Below, in pieces: positions 13,585 through 26,490 of a stretch of DNA of 64,000 nt (within the stretch, counting starts at the first letter, position 1; every line of letters begins with the position of its first letter). Made by a program: the position numbers and the translations under genes. This DNA comes from Camelus ferus (Eukaryota): positions 36,768,001-36,832,000 of the forward strand of contig NC_045696.1 of assembly GCF_009834535.1 (NCBI RefSeq), in the 5' to 3' direction. The notes beneath the pieces are model-generated. The model was not told where the DNA came from and searched no databases. It saw only the letters and a list, made by a program, of their open reading frames with translations.

Positions 13585-13831
13585 TTATTTATGTTCTACT
13601 TACCATGTTCTTAGTACAGTTCTAAGTGCTTCTGTGTATTATCCCATTTTAATAATCACAAGACGTTGCAAGTGAGCCATATACCTTTGCTACTATTGAC
13701 ATTTTATGATGAGTCAACACTGGCACAAAGAACTTATGAACTCACCCAGATCACATGGCTATTGAGGGGTGGAGCCAAATTTCAAACTTAAGAAGCCTGC
13801 CTTCAGACTCCGTATCCTTCAACACTGTATT
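13585..13831 (-). mobile_element. MIR SINE
   Basis: gttctaagtgctt...cattttatgatgag...cccagatcacatggcta...ggagccaaatttcaaac reverse MIR pattern. Confidence 0.75.
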
Positions 13832-13924
13832 TACCTTTCTCTAATAAATAAATCTTCTATCAGAGCATAGCAAGCAAAGTTAGTGGGGCATAAAAGCTGC
13901 TCTTCCCTCTCCCTTCCCTCCTCT

Positions 13925-14015
13925 GTTTACAAGTAAAGAAATTGAAAGAAAAAATTAAGCAACCTACCAGAGATCACACTAGGAAAAGTGAAGCTGGACT
14001 CAAGCCAGTCTTACA
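13925..14015 (-). mobile_element. MIR core fragment
   Basis: tttacaagtaaagaaattgaa...ttaagcaacctaccagagatcacac. Confidence 0.5.
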
Positions 14016-14659
14016 TTCAAGTTTACTGTTTTGTTTTATTTTGTTGTATCCCCTTCCTTTTATCACAGCTGCCTTTTGCACATTCATGTGTAAACTGAAG
14101 TAAACACTCAGGCTTTAGCAGACAAGTGTCTTGATTATACGTGTTGTAGTTTTTGTGAAGATACTGTAGATTCAGAACATTTCCAAAACAAATTTCTTCT
14201 CCTGTTTTATATGCCCTGGAGAGAAACTCCACAAAAATGCTAAAACCTCCAATCCCACAAGTTCTCAAAGCTAGATGCACATGCTCTAACAGTAACAGAA
14301 TACTTCTCAAGTATTCATGTACAATATTAAAGTGAGATATTGAAGAAGCCTTAAAAGACTGACATAAATTTATAAAACAGTTATTTGAGTGTTAGAGTTC
14401 TTCTTAAGTATTAAACTACCTTCATATAGAGGCTGCATTAGAAATTTGTTCTCTAGTTTTATTAATTTCCTAAAGGAAAACAACGAATACTCTGAGATTG
14501 GAGAAGAGTCACTTTACTGGGAAACAGTTGGATTGTCACATCTACAAACTGTCTTAGCTTGATTAGGTTTGTTTCCCTCAACCCCCAAAAGGAGATCTTT
14601 GAAGCAAGGCTAGTGTCTTACTTGTCTTTGCATTCCTAGTGCTTTGCTCATGTAAAACT

Positions 14660-15100
14660 GCCTGGCTCTCGTTTCAGTCATAAGCTGCCCTGTCTACCTG
14701 TGTCCTGAAATTTATGCCCTCTCACGACTTCAAGGACTGCACTCCATCAAAGATGCTCCCTCTCATGTACCTTCCGCTGGTTCTTCCCTAAAGCTTTAAG
14801 CATACCACGCTCTGTTCGTATTACAAAACAGTAACAACAGCCAAGCCACAGAACTCCCTTAGCACTAAGTCCTCCTTAGTGAGCACACTGTTTCTTTTCC
14901 TTCCAAGCCAGCACTCTTGGAAAAATAATCCATCCTTCTGATCACCACTTCTAACACATTTATTATCCAACACATTGCAGTCTGACTTCACCTACAACAA
15001 GTCCAGTAAAACAGCTGTAATTATGATTACATGGTTATTTGTAACCACTTCTGCCTACATTAGATGGATGAACACTATCCAGTTCTTATTACTGATGTTT
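14660..15100 (+). mobile_element. L2 internal fragment
   Basis: Pyrimidine-rich L2-like motifs (cttcaaggactgcactcc, cattgcagtctgacttcacc); probably continues at about 15920-16290. Confidence 0.45.
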
Positions 15101-15506
15101 GAACCAGTCAATACGTAACAGGCTTCTCTTTCATGCCTGAGTTCTGAAACAGTTGAGAAATAGGACATGGATCAGTGAAAATGGAGATTAGAATGTCAGC
15201 ATTATCACTCACAGTACCTAAGTTGAAGGACGCAGATTGTGTGCAGTCAAATAGGCTTTCTAACACCTCCATGAATCAAATGTCTTCCCAAGCTGTAAGC
15301 CTCCTTCACAGAGGCAAGAACTTCTGCCATGGCAAGAAATGCAAGGAAAGGCATGATATCTGTAGGCTCCTTTTTCCAAATGACTTTTCTTTGGGGGAAG
15401 AAACAGTTGGAAAAATAACTCTAAGAGCAGTTTCTTTACATGGAATCACGAGACCAGGGCCAAAGTAGATCCCTTTGTAACCTTCTTCCTACTTGAGCTT
15501 TTTGTA

Positions 15507-15725
15507 CAGTTGATTCTAAGACGACATGGGTTTGAACTGTGTGAGTCCACTTATATGGGTACTTTTAAAATAGTACATACTACAGTACTACTTGATCCAC
15601 AAAGGTTGACTCCATGGATATGGACCAACTGCAGACGCAGAGGGCTTGACCACAAGTTATACTTAGAGTTTCAACTGCGCGGGGGATGGGCGCCCCTAAC
15701 CTCCGCATTGTTCAAGGGTCAGCTG
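15507..15725 (+). mobile_element. Tigger2a-type (artiodactyl) MITE
   Basis: TA|cagttga...gggtttgaactg...gtccacttata ... ttgttcaagggtcagctg|TA: terminal inverted repeats with TA target duplication. Confidence 0.85.
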
Positions 15726-16912
15726 TACGTTTCGCAGAATCGTCACATGCTCACCATTAAACTTTTCTTCTCTCTTAGTCTAAGCAACCACCTTTTTATT
15801 CTAATTTCTAACATACTGTTTCTTGTCAGACTCTTTTATGAGTGTTTTTTATGTAACTTTTGAATGAGTTGTTCTTTAAGTTTCTAGTCTTTTTTTTTTT
15901 TTTTTTTTTTTGCATACTCCTTGCTGTCCTTGGGTCATTTTACCTGGTGGTTAGTTTATCTCTCACTTTTGTGCTCTTGATTCTAGAATAAGTCTCTCTA
16001 ACCCAGATCTCTTTTCAAGGATTAATATCCATAAACCAAATCATCTATCAAAGTGCTCTTGGGGATATTCAAATTCATCATTCACACTTGAACTCATCAT
16101 CTTTCCCCTGAAATTACTTCCACAGTTAAAAGCACTAAAGTTTGCATAATTGCCCATTTTAGAAACTCAAACATTGTCCTTTCCTACTTCTTCTTTCTTA
16201 CCCTATAAATCTAATATTTCCAATGTGTCATGGATTTTTTACCTTCATTTTATATCTCTTCTCACGATTTTGATTCAGGTCTCCATTTGCACTTTGATTA
16301 GTAAAACAGAATTCATATTAGTAATTCAAATTAGTAATAATTTTTAGAGAACTTAAGTGCTTGATAATAGGGAATTAGTTGAATAAAATTTTTAGTTACA
16401 AAACAATATGCATTTGAAAAAGATCTGCATCAGGTATATACAGAAAATCTTAAACCAAAGCAAAATAAGGTAATAACAGAAATATTGTTTTCTTTTGGTT
16501 AATAAGTAACTATTTTATCTTTTAGCAGGCTTCTCTTTTTGAAGTTTCGTATGGTGAATTTAATTTTAAATGAATTTAATGATAAATACAAGTCATTGAA
16601 AATAATTTGAAGTAATGAAAAGAGTTTGGAATTGTGGAGAGTTTTTAACACATCTAAATCATTTTTAGCAACTTGTTTTTGACCTGCCTGGCAACATTTT
16701 CATAATTTAAAAAATATTCAGAATAGCAATTTTCAATTACTAGTTTATTCTTTAAACTTTTCTTTGTATTACAGTGAGTACTTTGTAACCTGACACAATC
16801 TATAGCCATCTTTTTATTGTCAAATGACTAATTTGTTTCTCAAAATTCTCTATAAAAAGAGTGCAGAGCAAGGGTAGTTGTTGGAGAATAAATTAAAAAT
16901 ATAAAGGGATTA

Positions 16913-17084
16913 CCACTGAGGTCAGGAGCAAGGCAAGAATGTCCTCTCTCACTACTTCTTTTCAGTGTTATACTAGAAGTCCTAACTAATGCAATAAGAC
17001 AAGAAAAGGAAATAAAAGGTATTCAAACAGGGAAGGAAGAAGTAAGCTGTCTTTGTTCATAGATGACATAATTGTCTATGTAGA
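16913..17084 (+). mobile_element. Isolated L1 ORF2 reverse-transcriptase fragment
   Basis: Translates [44 protein letters not shown], then after a frameshift [12 protein letters not shown] (FADD motif region). Confidence 0.85.
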
Positions 17085-19442
17085 TGATATGTATAAAACT
17101 TGGATTAATTTTTAAAACAGTGAACAAGTGAATAAGTAATATTTGGTGAACTACTGAATGACCAAGATCAATTTTGGGTGCATGTAGAAATATAGCTATG
17201 GAAATTAAGCTCAGTTCCAAAGGATTCTTCCATATACTATCTTATTTTTAATTTTTAACTTTTTTCTGTATAGAAGTAAATACTTCCTCCATATTCCTTT
17301 CTCAGAGAAAAGCTGTTCTCTGTTAAAAAGCTATCTAATCTTTCCTTCTTAAAAGACATTTAAAAAGCAGCGACTGACACTAGAACTCTGTTTATATAGG
17401 TGGGTTAGAGGAGAGTTTAAACTTCTCAGTGATTTACAGTCCTAATTTTCCTTTTAACAAGTAAAGTACTGCTATTATTGTAAATACTTCATATGCTGCT
17501 ATTATTATTTCCAATCGAGCATTTAAATAAAGTAATCCTTAAATGAATAACAAATCATAATGAAGTAAAAATATAAAATATTTAACTCTGCAAAAAATAC
17601 ACACAAACACAATATTAACATTTAATTAATGACTGAAAAGTTGGTTCTTTAGATTTAATATGTGGTAGTGCTCAACTTTGAACCACTTACTAATTTCATC
17701 CCCTTTCTTACTTTTCAAAAACATTGACTTCCTTGAGTTTTTGCTGTCTCCTTATCATGCATATCAAAGGTAGAAACAAATACTAACAACTTGCAATCTC
17801 TCTCTCCAAATACAGCCATAATTGTCAAAAAGCATGAGCAATTTCACAGAAAGAGCTTGGAACATCAAAAACACGCATCACTATTTAGGTTTGATTCATT
17901 AGGGAAAACAGAGGAGTTGTGTTTCTATGTATTTTTTCTGTGCTGTTCTGCAATGTTGCCAAAACCTTACCTTCTTTAGGTAAATCAGAACTAACAAGGA
18001 TTTAAAACTTCATCTAGGAAACTAAATGAACTCTCCAATGTTATTCCTGTACTGGTTGATAGATAAGGTGGCCACTGTCACCAAAAATATCTCTCTAATG
18101 CTTTAGTGCAGTGTCTATTCAGCAGCTGAATACAGGACACAGCTTGAAGCTCATAATGGCTGCCTAAAGTTCCATTGCCTTGATATTGCCTTTGTCTTTG
18201 AAAAACACAGTTTTCCCCAGGCTTGGTCAGTAACAGAAACACAGTTTTGTCTTTTCTGCTAGACAGAATCAGAGCTGCTCCCTGTGAAGTGGACACATTA
18301 CTCTGTTAAAAGAGGAGGGCACCTCAGAAAGACATTCTCATCAAAAGGGAATTATGTTTTTTGATCAAATGCATCTTCAAGGTCAAACATGTTACAGTTA
18401 AAAGAGATGAAGAAAAAGAAAATGACACATATATTGGATGCCAAAAATTCTCTTGGTAAAATTACCCTGTTTCTGAGTATTTGAAAATTTGAAGATCTCT
18501 TGTTTAAATCAAACTGAGCATTTTATATATGTGACAGCACAGTCTTTTTTTTTCTTTCTTTCTTAGGTAAGATTGTACAGTTTTTTTCCCCCATAGAGGA
18601 GAATTATGTTGCCTATGAATACTTAGTGTGAGCAAACATGTTATCTTCTAAAATATAACCATGACAACATTTTAACCTTTCTCTTGAGAATTTTTGGCTC
18701 TATTATGGGAGAAACTGAAGTGTGTCAGTCCTTTCATTATATATTTTGTAACGGCAGCCCTTTGCTTTGTATCAAAAACTTTGCTCTTTGGTTTAAATAC
18801 TCTGAAACTTTCTTTAGTGAAAATTTGATTTTGATTTTCTTAGAATCTTACACTTAATTAGAGGATATAAAATCCATTGAAAGGAAGAGTTGGGGAATAA
18901 GAAGCTGAGGGGTGGGAGCAATGATTGCTCTCTCTTTCTTAAAAGTCATAATGAGGAGAATTATGCTAGAGAGAGAATGAGATTAAATATGGTTCCAGTA
19001 TTTACTTTAACATGAAAATCTTTGGGCTTGTGTTAGATAATGTTATTTGGTGAGGTCTTTCCCTATGAAAGTTTTCTTTTTATTCATGTAACAGTGAAAA
19101 TCTTTCAATAATCTTTAATAGCCCAGAGTTCTACTCTACTTAAAAGAAAGGTCTCTATGTAGTATTATATCACCTGAAAATTCTTGTAAATCTCTGCAAG
19201 GAGCAGTCATTTATCTCAATGATTTGAGCTCCAATATCTACTTTTATATTTTCTACTACTATGAATAAATAAAAAGAGATATTACAAGACTAAAGTTTTT
19301 TTATAAAAAATTTCTTTGCAAGCCTTTTATCACTAGTCATTAAATATTCTTTATTATTTAAATTTAAATTTTTTATCACAATGTATTTTCTTTAACTTAA
19401 GCTGTTTAGAGTTCTGAAAATTACATGGTGGTATAGCATCTT

Positions 19443-19472
19443 ATATGTGTGTGTGTGTGTATATATATATAT
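19443..19472. repeat. (TG)n(TA)n microsatellite
   Basis: atatgtgtgtgtgtgtgtatatatatatat. Confidence 0.9.
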
Positions 19473-19744
19473 GGGCAAGGTCAGCAGTCTCTTCATAAGG
19501 CATTTATCAGACCCATTCATTCCCTTGATAAGTTTATTAAGCCATGGGTTCAGCTTCCATGCTAAGAAACTTCGCTATATCAATATACCAACAATCAATA
19601 CAGTATTCAGCTGCCAGGGACATACTGACATTCACCAAGTTCACAAGATTACCACATAACACTAAATAATGTTTTATCCATTTAAAGTCAGATGTATCAC
19701 CACCCACAGATGGAAATATCTAAATTACTATGTACCTTTTCACA

Positions 19745-20468
19745 TTCAAATGGTCAAGTCCTATTGATTATAGTCTTCACACATGACATCTCTCCAGGTT
19801 ACCATAGTCTTCAAATGTGTCTCCGAGTCTTTGTCTACACAGAATATTCTTTAGGGGAGGATTTCTAAATTGAATTTTGATCATAGAACTCTCCTGCTCG
19901 AAACCTTTGATATTTTCACACTATAACTAGGATAATGTCTGTGTTCCTTAACTTAATTTTTCATAGACCAGAATGATCTACCTGGCTTCTACCTTCCTCT
20001 CTAACCTTATCTTTCACAAGTCCATACTACCTTGACACTCACTACTTCCAAACGCTGATTTTCTTTTAGTATCTTGAAAACATTGTGCAGTTTCTCAACT
20101 CAAGGTCTTGGCCATGTTGTTCCACCTCCCTAGATGAGTGTCTCCCTGTGCTCTTTCCCCTTCACCTGGCTAGCTGTCTTCTTAGCTCAGCTTGGTGGAG
20201 CTTCTTCCAAGAGGTATTTCCTGATCCCTTTTTTAAATATATAAATGTATTTCATGTTCCTGATATGCATTCACCATAAGATCCTGAATTCTCTTGTCAT
20301 AGCAATCATCATACTTTATTACAAGTGCTTGCTTAATTGGCTGTGTTCCTCACTAGAGCATAAGTTCAGTGAAGATGGGGACAGTGGCTGTCTTGCTTAT
20401 TTTTTCTTGTCATCTATCACAATTTCCAGAGTTATAGGAGGCTCTTAAAATATTACTAGGTGAATAAA
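19745..20468 (+). mobile_element. L2 LINE 3' portion
   Basis: gatcatagaactctcctgctcgaaacctt...cactagagcataagttcagtgaagatgggga...ggctcttaaaatattactaggtgaataaa. Confidence 0.75.
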
Positions 20469-21799
20469 GAGACCTTCTCAATGGCAGTCTCTGATTTTAC
20501 AATGATGCTTTTAACATCCATGAAATAGAATCTGAAGTCCAGCATGAGAAGTTACGTTCTCTCTATGATCATCGGACTTCTGTGGTGATTCAAATCATGA
20601 CCCAAATCTAGACGTTGGAAGGAGATCACGGTATCTTTAAAGATATCCAAGTAAGAGAACATGCTGCATCCATCTGACCTCAGGTTCACCCCAACAATGG
20701 GACTGAACAAGTCAGACCACTGGCTAACATTATTTTGCCTTTAGCATCTGGAAGGGTCCAGGGAAATTTACTTCTGTGCCCCTCTCTCCCATTTACACTT
20801 TCTATCTCAATGATTGATGAATTCACCTTCTAACTGATATATTCTTTCTTCAAATATTTTGAATTTATGGTTCTATTCTCAGAGGCAGTCTCCTTCATAC
20901 CCCCAGAGAGCTAGAAAAAATGCTACTTTTTGCACTTGAACTGACCAATGCATATACAAAATAAATAATCGCTAAATTAATTAAAAGAGACAGCCATTGT
21001 TGATAATAATGGAAAAGTTACTTTAGATCAGTAGATCTAAAACTGTCCGAGATTCAATATCACATGGGAGTTTTGTAAAAATATAGATGCCTAGTCTTCA
21101 TTCTTTGAGACTTTAATTCACTAAATAATTAAATGATCAAGGAATTTATGGAAATCAATAAACTTAAAAAAAATAGATTCTTTGACTTTCTTTCTTTCCT
21201 GTACTTAATAAATATAATATCCAGAGAGTAGCTTATGGACATTTTCACTTTTATCATCTCATCGTAAGAATCCTTTGATTAGATGTGTTGGGAAACAGCT
21301 ATTTCCTTAGATGAAACATGCTAGATTTCAGTGTTTACAGTGCCATGTGTGAGTGTGCATTTACTTCCACAGATGCACATAAGTAGATGTCCTTGTTTGA
21401 CTCATGTAGAATAAGTAAATTTTGTTGTGTCCCTGAAGGCTTTAAATCTCACCTTTACTGGCAACATGTTCTTGTTAGACATTTCACAGAGTATTTAATT
21501 TACAACCCTACAAAACACATTGACACATTGCATTGATTTGAGGACTCTAAAAATTAGATTGTGCAAAATTTTCAACTTGATTGAAATTAGTTTTAATTAA
21601 ACTTTATAGTTTTAGGCAATTCCCACAACTTAAATTTTCTTTATAGCCAGTACATATACACATACTTATAAGTCTGAAAGTTAGTAAGATTATGTCAAAA
21701 AATTAAATGTTATCTTAGTAAAATTACAAATTACAGTGAGATGACTGAAGAGTTTTCTATCAGGTACAAGTTACTATACCAATCTGCAATTTAAAAAAA

Positions 21800-21990
21800 A
21801 TACATTGTTTATTCAGTATATTCTCATTATGTTTCCTCTGTGTATTAGGTGCTGTATAAGAAACTGGAGAATACAGGAGTAAATAAGGCAGATATGATAC
21901 CCAGCATCCTGGAGGTTGGAGTCTGGTATGTAACATGGTTATTAAGCAGATCTCTATTTATCATTATGATACATGCTATGCAGGAAAAGA
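21800..21990 (-). mobile_element. L2 3' end
   Basis: ttattcagtatatt...aggtgctgtataagaaactggagaatacaggagtaaataaggcagatatg. Confidence 0.6.
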
Positions 21991-22009
21991 TCAGAGTAAC
22001 TATTCAGAA

Positions 22010-22165
22010 AAATTCTTGTAAAAGAATCATACAATATGTGATCCTTTGTGACTGTTTTCACTTACAATAATATTTTCAAGGTTTATCCATGTTTTAGTTT
22101 TTATCAGTACTTCTTTTCATTGCCAAATAATATTCCATTGTATAGATATTTCATATTTTGTTAAC
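22010..22165 (-). mobile_element. L1MB/ME 3' fragment
   Basis: aatcatacaatatgtgatcctttgtgactg...aataatattccattgtatagata. Confidence 0.7.
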
Positions 22166-22169
22166 AGAA

Positions 22170-23620
22170 TTCTTGCTGCATCCTTTGGTAGAAGCATGCC
22201 CACTCTGGAATCTAAGACAGCTAGACCTAAAGAACCTGAAGTCTCAGGAGAGAGAAGTGTAAATTCTCTAAATGGGTTCACTGGTCATGAAGGAAAGTAG
22301 GGTCCCTTCTGCTTTCACCCTGTGGTTCTTGAACTCACGTATTCTACCTATTAGAGATACAGCACCATATAATTATCATTGATTTAGGGCATACACTGCA
22401 TCTTGGGGGATAGTTCCCCATTCTCTCAGGGTCCTTTCTCCAAGGTTGCCACTCAAATGGCAGCTTCTAAGCAGTGTGGTGTGTGAAAGGACTAATGGAT
22501 CCCATGGTTATGTGCCCACTGCTGAACCACATTTGCCCTAAAGCAGATCACTCTAGCGAAATATGATACAAGATGCTGTGTTAATGAATCAAACACTCCT
22601 TTGGAAAGTTTCTTCCTATGGGAAGAATAAGCAAAGCAACTTATACTCAGACTATTAGTTGATTTTGTCAAGATGATTTACTCTCCCTTGCAGGATGTAT
22701 TGGTTCAATGTAAGCAACCTGTCACCAAGTGGCTAGTTTTTCTTCTGAAGAATATTTCTGGTCTTCATTATTGAGAATTTCAGTCATTTGGTTACAGTGG
22801 TAACTAAATTTGCATTGGTGAGTGACAACTTATGTTGTTAAATTTATTCATAGACCACACTCCTGCCACCGTGGGCCATTGTACAGAATTGAGGGGGCTC
22901 ATGATAGCATTTGGCTAATATCAACTGCGCATTATTGTATCTACCTGGCTGTTCGATAAGCCTTCAATGGCTGTTGCTTTCTGGAAGCCATTAGTGTATG
23001 ATACAAGATCTTCACACTCTGTGCTCAGTATGATGGATCTATTTACATGCCTCTTCTCCAGAATTCTTTATTCTGTTTTCTAATTATTTTTCTTTCAGAC
23101 CCCTGACCAATCAACCAAGGCATTTGCCACTGCGCATTGGTCTCTGTATATTCTTGGTCGTGCCACTTTCCACAAAAAGTGGATGACCAGATGCATCTTC
23201 CAAAACTAAAGCATCTGGAAAGCATTTTCCTCACTGTTGCATTTCAGGTGCTGTATAGTTTTGAAAACATATTCTGTTATACCCATATCTGAGCTAACTA
23301 TTCTGGGAACAAAGTCAGGCTTTTTTCTCCTCCATTAGTTGGTCATTAGGGATACTCCCTTTCCTGACATGTGTCCATACGCATGAGTTGAAGATAAATG
23401 CAGGAAAAATAGCATCATGGCCTCTGAGCCATCTGCTCATGAATCATACTTGTACCTTCAAACTATTGTCTGATTCAAGATGTACCATTCTGTCTTATGA
23501 TCAATTTCTATTGGGCTGGCATAAGTTTATTTCTTTGTGAATATAACTTAACCCAGATTGTAAAGCAAAGTTCTAGCTGTGTGGTCTCTATATGCCCTAT
23601 AATCAGGTATTCCTTCTCTA
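22170..23620 (-). mobile_element. ERVL-class internal sequence, decayed pol (RNase H/integrase region)
   Basis: Reverse strand near 23160-22990 reads RIYRDQCAVANALVDWSGV*KK, frameshift, NKEFWRRGM*IDPSY*AQSVKIL, matching the ERVL RNase H pattern YTDSWAVANGLAGWSG..KEVWGRGMW..WAQSVKI. Confidence 0.75.
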
Positions 23621-23629
23621 CCGAGACCC

Positions 23630-24012
23630 ACTAGGAATCCAAGACCTACTATTTGAATATTAAAAAGGGCATGGTCATGCAAATGACTTATTGAAAGTAC
23701 TCTTGGGAATAATTCCTGTAAAAGAATAAACAAAGCAGGCTGAGCAGGGAAGGAGTTAAACTGTGGTGAAGTTACAAGAGTGGCCTCAGCTAACCTCTCA
23801 GGCAACTCTGAGGCTGAGATTTTCAGAGATATTTGAAATTAAAGCAAGAGCTTTGGTCTTTGTACCATCATTGGAAGCTGACTTCTCCTTAAGGAAGGGC
23901 TTTATTCTTGGACACAGCAGTAATGGGGACTGACTCAGCTATAGAAGTTGGGGAAATGGGTTCCTGGATCCTGAGGGAGAGGTCTGAGTGGTACACCAAA
24001 ACTTTCGCTAGA
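23630..24012 (-). mobile_element. ERVL LTR (LTR16-like)
   Basis: gcaaatgacttattg...aagcaggctgagcagggaagg...ggcctcagctaac...ctctgaggctg...ggtctgagtggtacacca follows reverse LTR16. Confidence 0.6.
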
Positions 24013-24129
24013 TGTTGTGCTCCTAAATAGATGAATAAGCATCATTGTCTATATTTGGTATTTTTCTTTTCTTTCTATTGCCTTTTTAAAGTTCTATGCA
24101 TGCTATAAGCCTGTGGAAGGTTTCAGTAG

Positions 24130-24570
24130 TTCCATCTTTCAAATATCCAAACTTCTGGCCACACATGAAGAAACTGCTTCCAAGAGAAATCAGTGATGGA
24201 AAGTACAGGAAGCAGGATGAGGAAGGGAAAGAATTCCAGCAAGACTGTGGTTCAGGCAAAGTTCCACAGTGGGTAGTTTCTCCTGATCCTGGAGAGTGAG
24301 TCTGGTGTAAATTACCCTTCAGGTGATGGAATTGCCCTTTCAAAGTTCCATGCCCTGCAGTCATTGGTTAAATCGATCATAAACTCCTAGGCTTCCAGCT
24401 CTCTTCTGTAAGGGCAAACAGGTCCGGCAACCTCTGTAGGGCACACTAAAGAAAATCAAAGATGTGAGCCACAAAAGGCAAAAACACACCAAAAAGAGAA
24501 GAGGGCACATTAAAGGAGTCAAAAAGGGATAGAAGGGACTCTGGACTGAACACCTACAGTGTCAGCTACA
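24130..24570 (-). mobile_element. Second ERVL LTR (LTR16C/LTR33-like)
   Basis: ccaagagaaatcagtgatggaaagtacaggaagcaggatgaggaaggg... ending ctggactgaacacctacagtgtcagctaca. Confidence 0.55.
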
Positions 24571-26314
24571 GAGAGTGATATGGGAACATCCACTTAAAAA
24601 ATTATTGTTTGTAGCCCAAACTACTTTTTTAATTTTAATTTTTTTTTTTCTGTTTTGTTTTTTTAATCTCTAACATTTGGAACAATCAAAATATTCAATG
24701 ATCCCTACCCTTTTCTGTTGAACAGAGTGATGCGTTCTCCTTTTGCTTAGACTGTTTGTTTTACTTTTTTCCAAGCTGATGTAGAAAATTAATGCTATTT
24801 TGGTATTGATCTGACTTATTGATTTTGGAAATTGGTGAACCAGTATGAGATATTTTAGGTGTCAAGATGTCAAATAATGGCTTGAACTATTTGGAAACAT
24901 TTCAGTTTTCATGTAGAATAAATATGATGCCAAGAGCTTACAAAAGATGAGAACTGGGGGAACAGACACTTCTAATTAAGGCCGAACATTACATTCATAG
25001 GATGATTCCTTCCATAATTCTTGCTAATGCCTCTTCTGCTTGACTTAGGATGTCTCTTGTTACAGTACTTGGAGGAGAATGGAAGTTGAAATAAGGCAGC
25101 AAAATGCCAAAATGAGAGAAAAGTTTCTGTGTGTATGTGTGTATGTGTGTGTATGATACACATATATGTATGTTTTAGTCAAAAGGTAGTTCTTTGAGCC
25201 AGGTAGGAGATTCCATAGCCTTGTTTCCATTGAGTGGCAAACATCAGGGCATAAACAAAACATTCTGTGATACTGCAATTCAAACTAGGTCCATCTTCTT
25301 TTTCTTATCATAGAATCCAAAGGTCTGTGAAGCCTCAGAAGTATGGTAGGGTTCTGATACTTTTATCAAGATAACTAAAGCATACTATCTTTTTAAAGCC
25401 TTTTGGCCAACGTGAAATCATATTCATGGTCATTTCTCAGAATCATTTTCCACTTTTTGCCTATATCATGCAATTGTCACTTGACAAATTAACTAATAAT
25501 TCACATTAAGAAACCCATTCATGCACTGAAAATGTACATATTAATTCAATGCATGAGTATATTGTGTTTCTTTCTGAAGATTTTCTGAAAGGCATTTATT
25601 AATGTATAGCTCTTCCTATTAAAGTCTTCAATAGCTTTTCATTGCTTTCAGGAAAAATGACAACCTTCTTTCATGACATGAACATGTTCTTCCCCACTTC
25701 AGCTTTGCCTGTTTCTACAACTTCCTTTTGTATTTTTCTCTGTGTGGCCCAAAATTCGGCTTCACCAAGCAAATTTTCACAATTTTCTAAATGGGTCATA
25801 CTTTTTCCTATATGTACTTATGCTATATACACATATAATATAAATATAACATATGTAAAATCATAAAATATATAGTATAAATACATACATATTATGTATA
25901 CATGCAAATAATATATATGCATAACATATATTTTTTAATTGTCACTTTTCACAGTTCATCACTATACAGACTCCTATTTTTCAGAACTTATGTCGAAAAT
26001 TTTTTCAGAGTTTTCTCTGACTTGTTTCCTTCTAGAATGAGTTAAGAGTTCTCTTCCATTTTTCCATATGTCATGTCAACATTGCACCTATTCCACTAAA
26101 CTGCATGTGTTGGCTTACTTGTGATCTCTCTCCTGTCATAATTCATCAAAAAGTAGTTTACTAAATTTTTTAAAATTTCCAGTCCAAGTGCTTGGGGTAT
26201 GATGATGAAGGAATAATCCTGTTTTCTATTACTATCATCCAAAAGGAATACTATTATATTACAAAAGAAATATTATCAGTGAAATATGAAAAACAACCAT
26301 AAGAACATATGTGA

Positions 26315-26490
26315 CTAATTATTTGAGAGGAAAGAACATGTTTAGAGAGATGATAGAGGAAAGATGACATTTGAGCTAGGCATGGAATAATGAATAGGAG
26401 TTTTCTGGACTGAGTTCAGGGTGGAGGTGAAGAGTATTCCATACAAAGAAAACAGAATAATCAAAGGAAAGTAAGTATGAAATTTTATAG
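26315..26490 (-). mobile_element. L2 fragment
   Basis: gaggaaagatgacatttgagctagg...gaataggagtttt...agagtattccatacaaagaaaacag. Confidence 0.6.

Noticed and set aside
17965..18030. Minus-strand 43-nt exon candidate and overlapping + strand AG|GTAAAT
   Set aside because: Moderate splice signals only, stops in all frames, and no supporting partner exons.
20495..20830. Long nearly open frame (YNDAFNIHEIESEVQHEKL...) as a processed pseudogene
   Set aside because: Two internal stops, no recognisable homolog, no poly(A) or TSD, and part resembles a MIR fragment.
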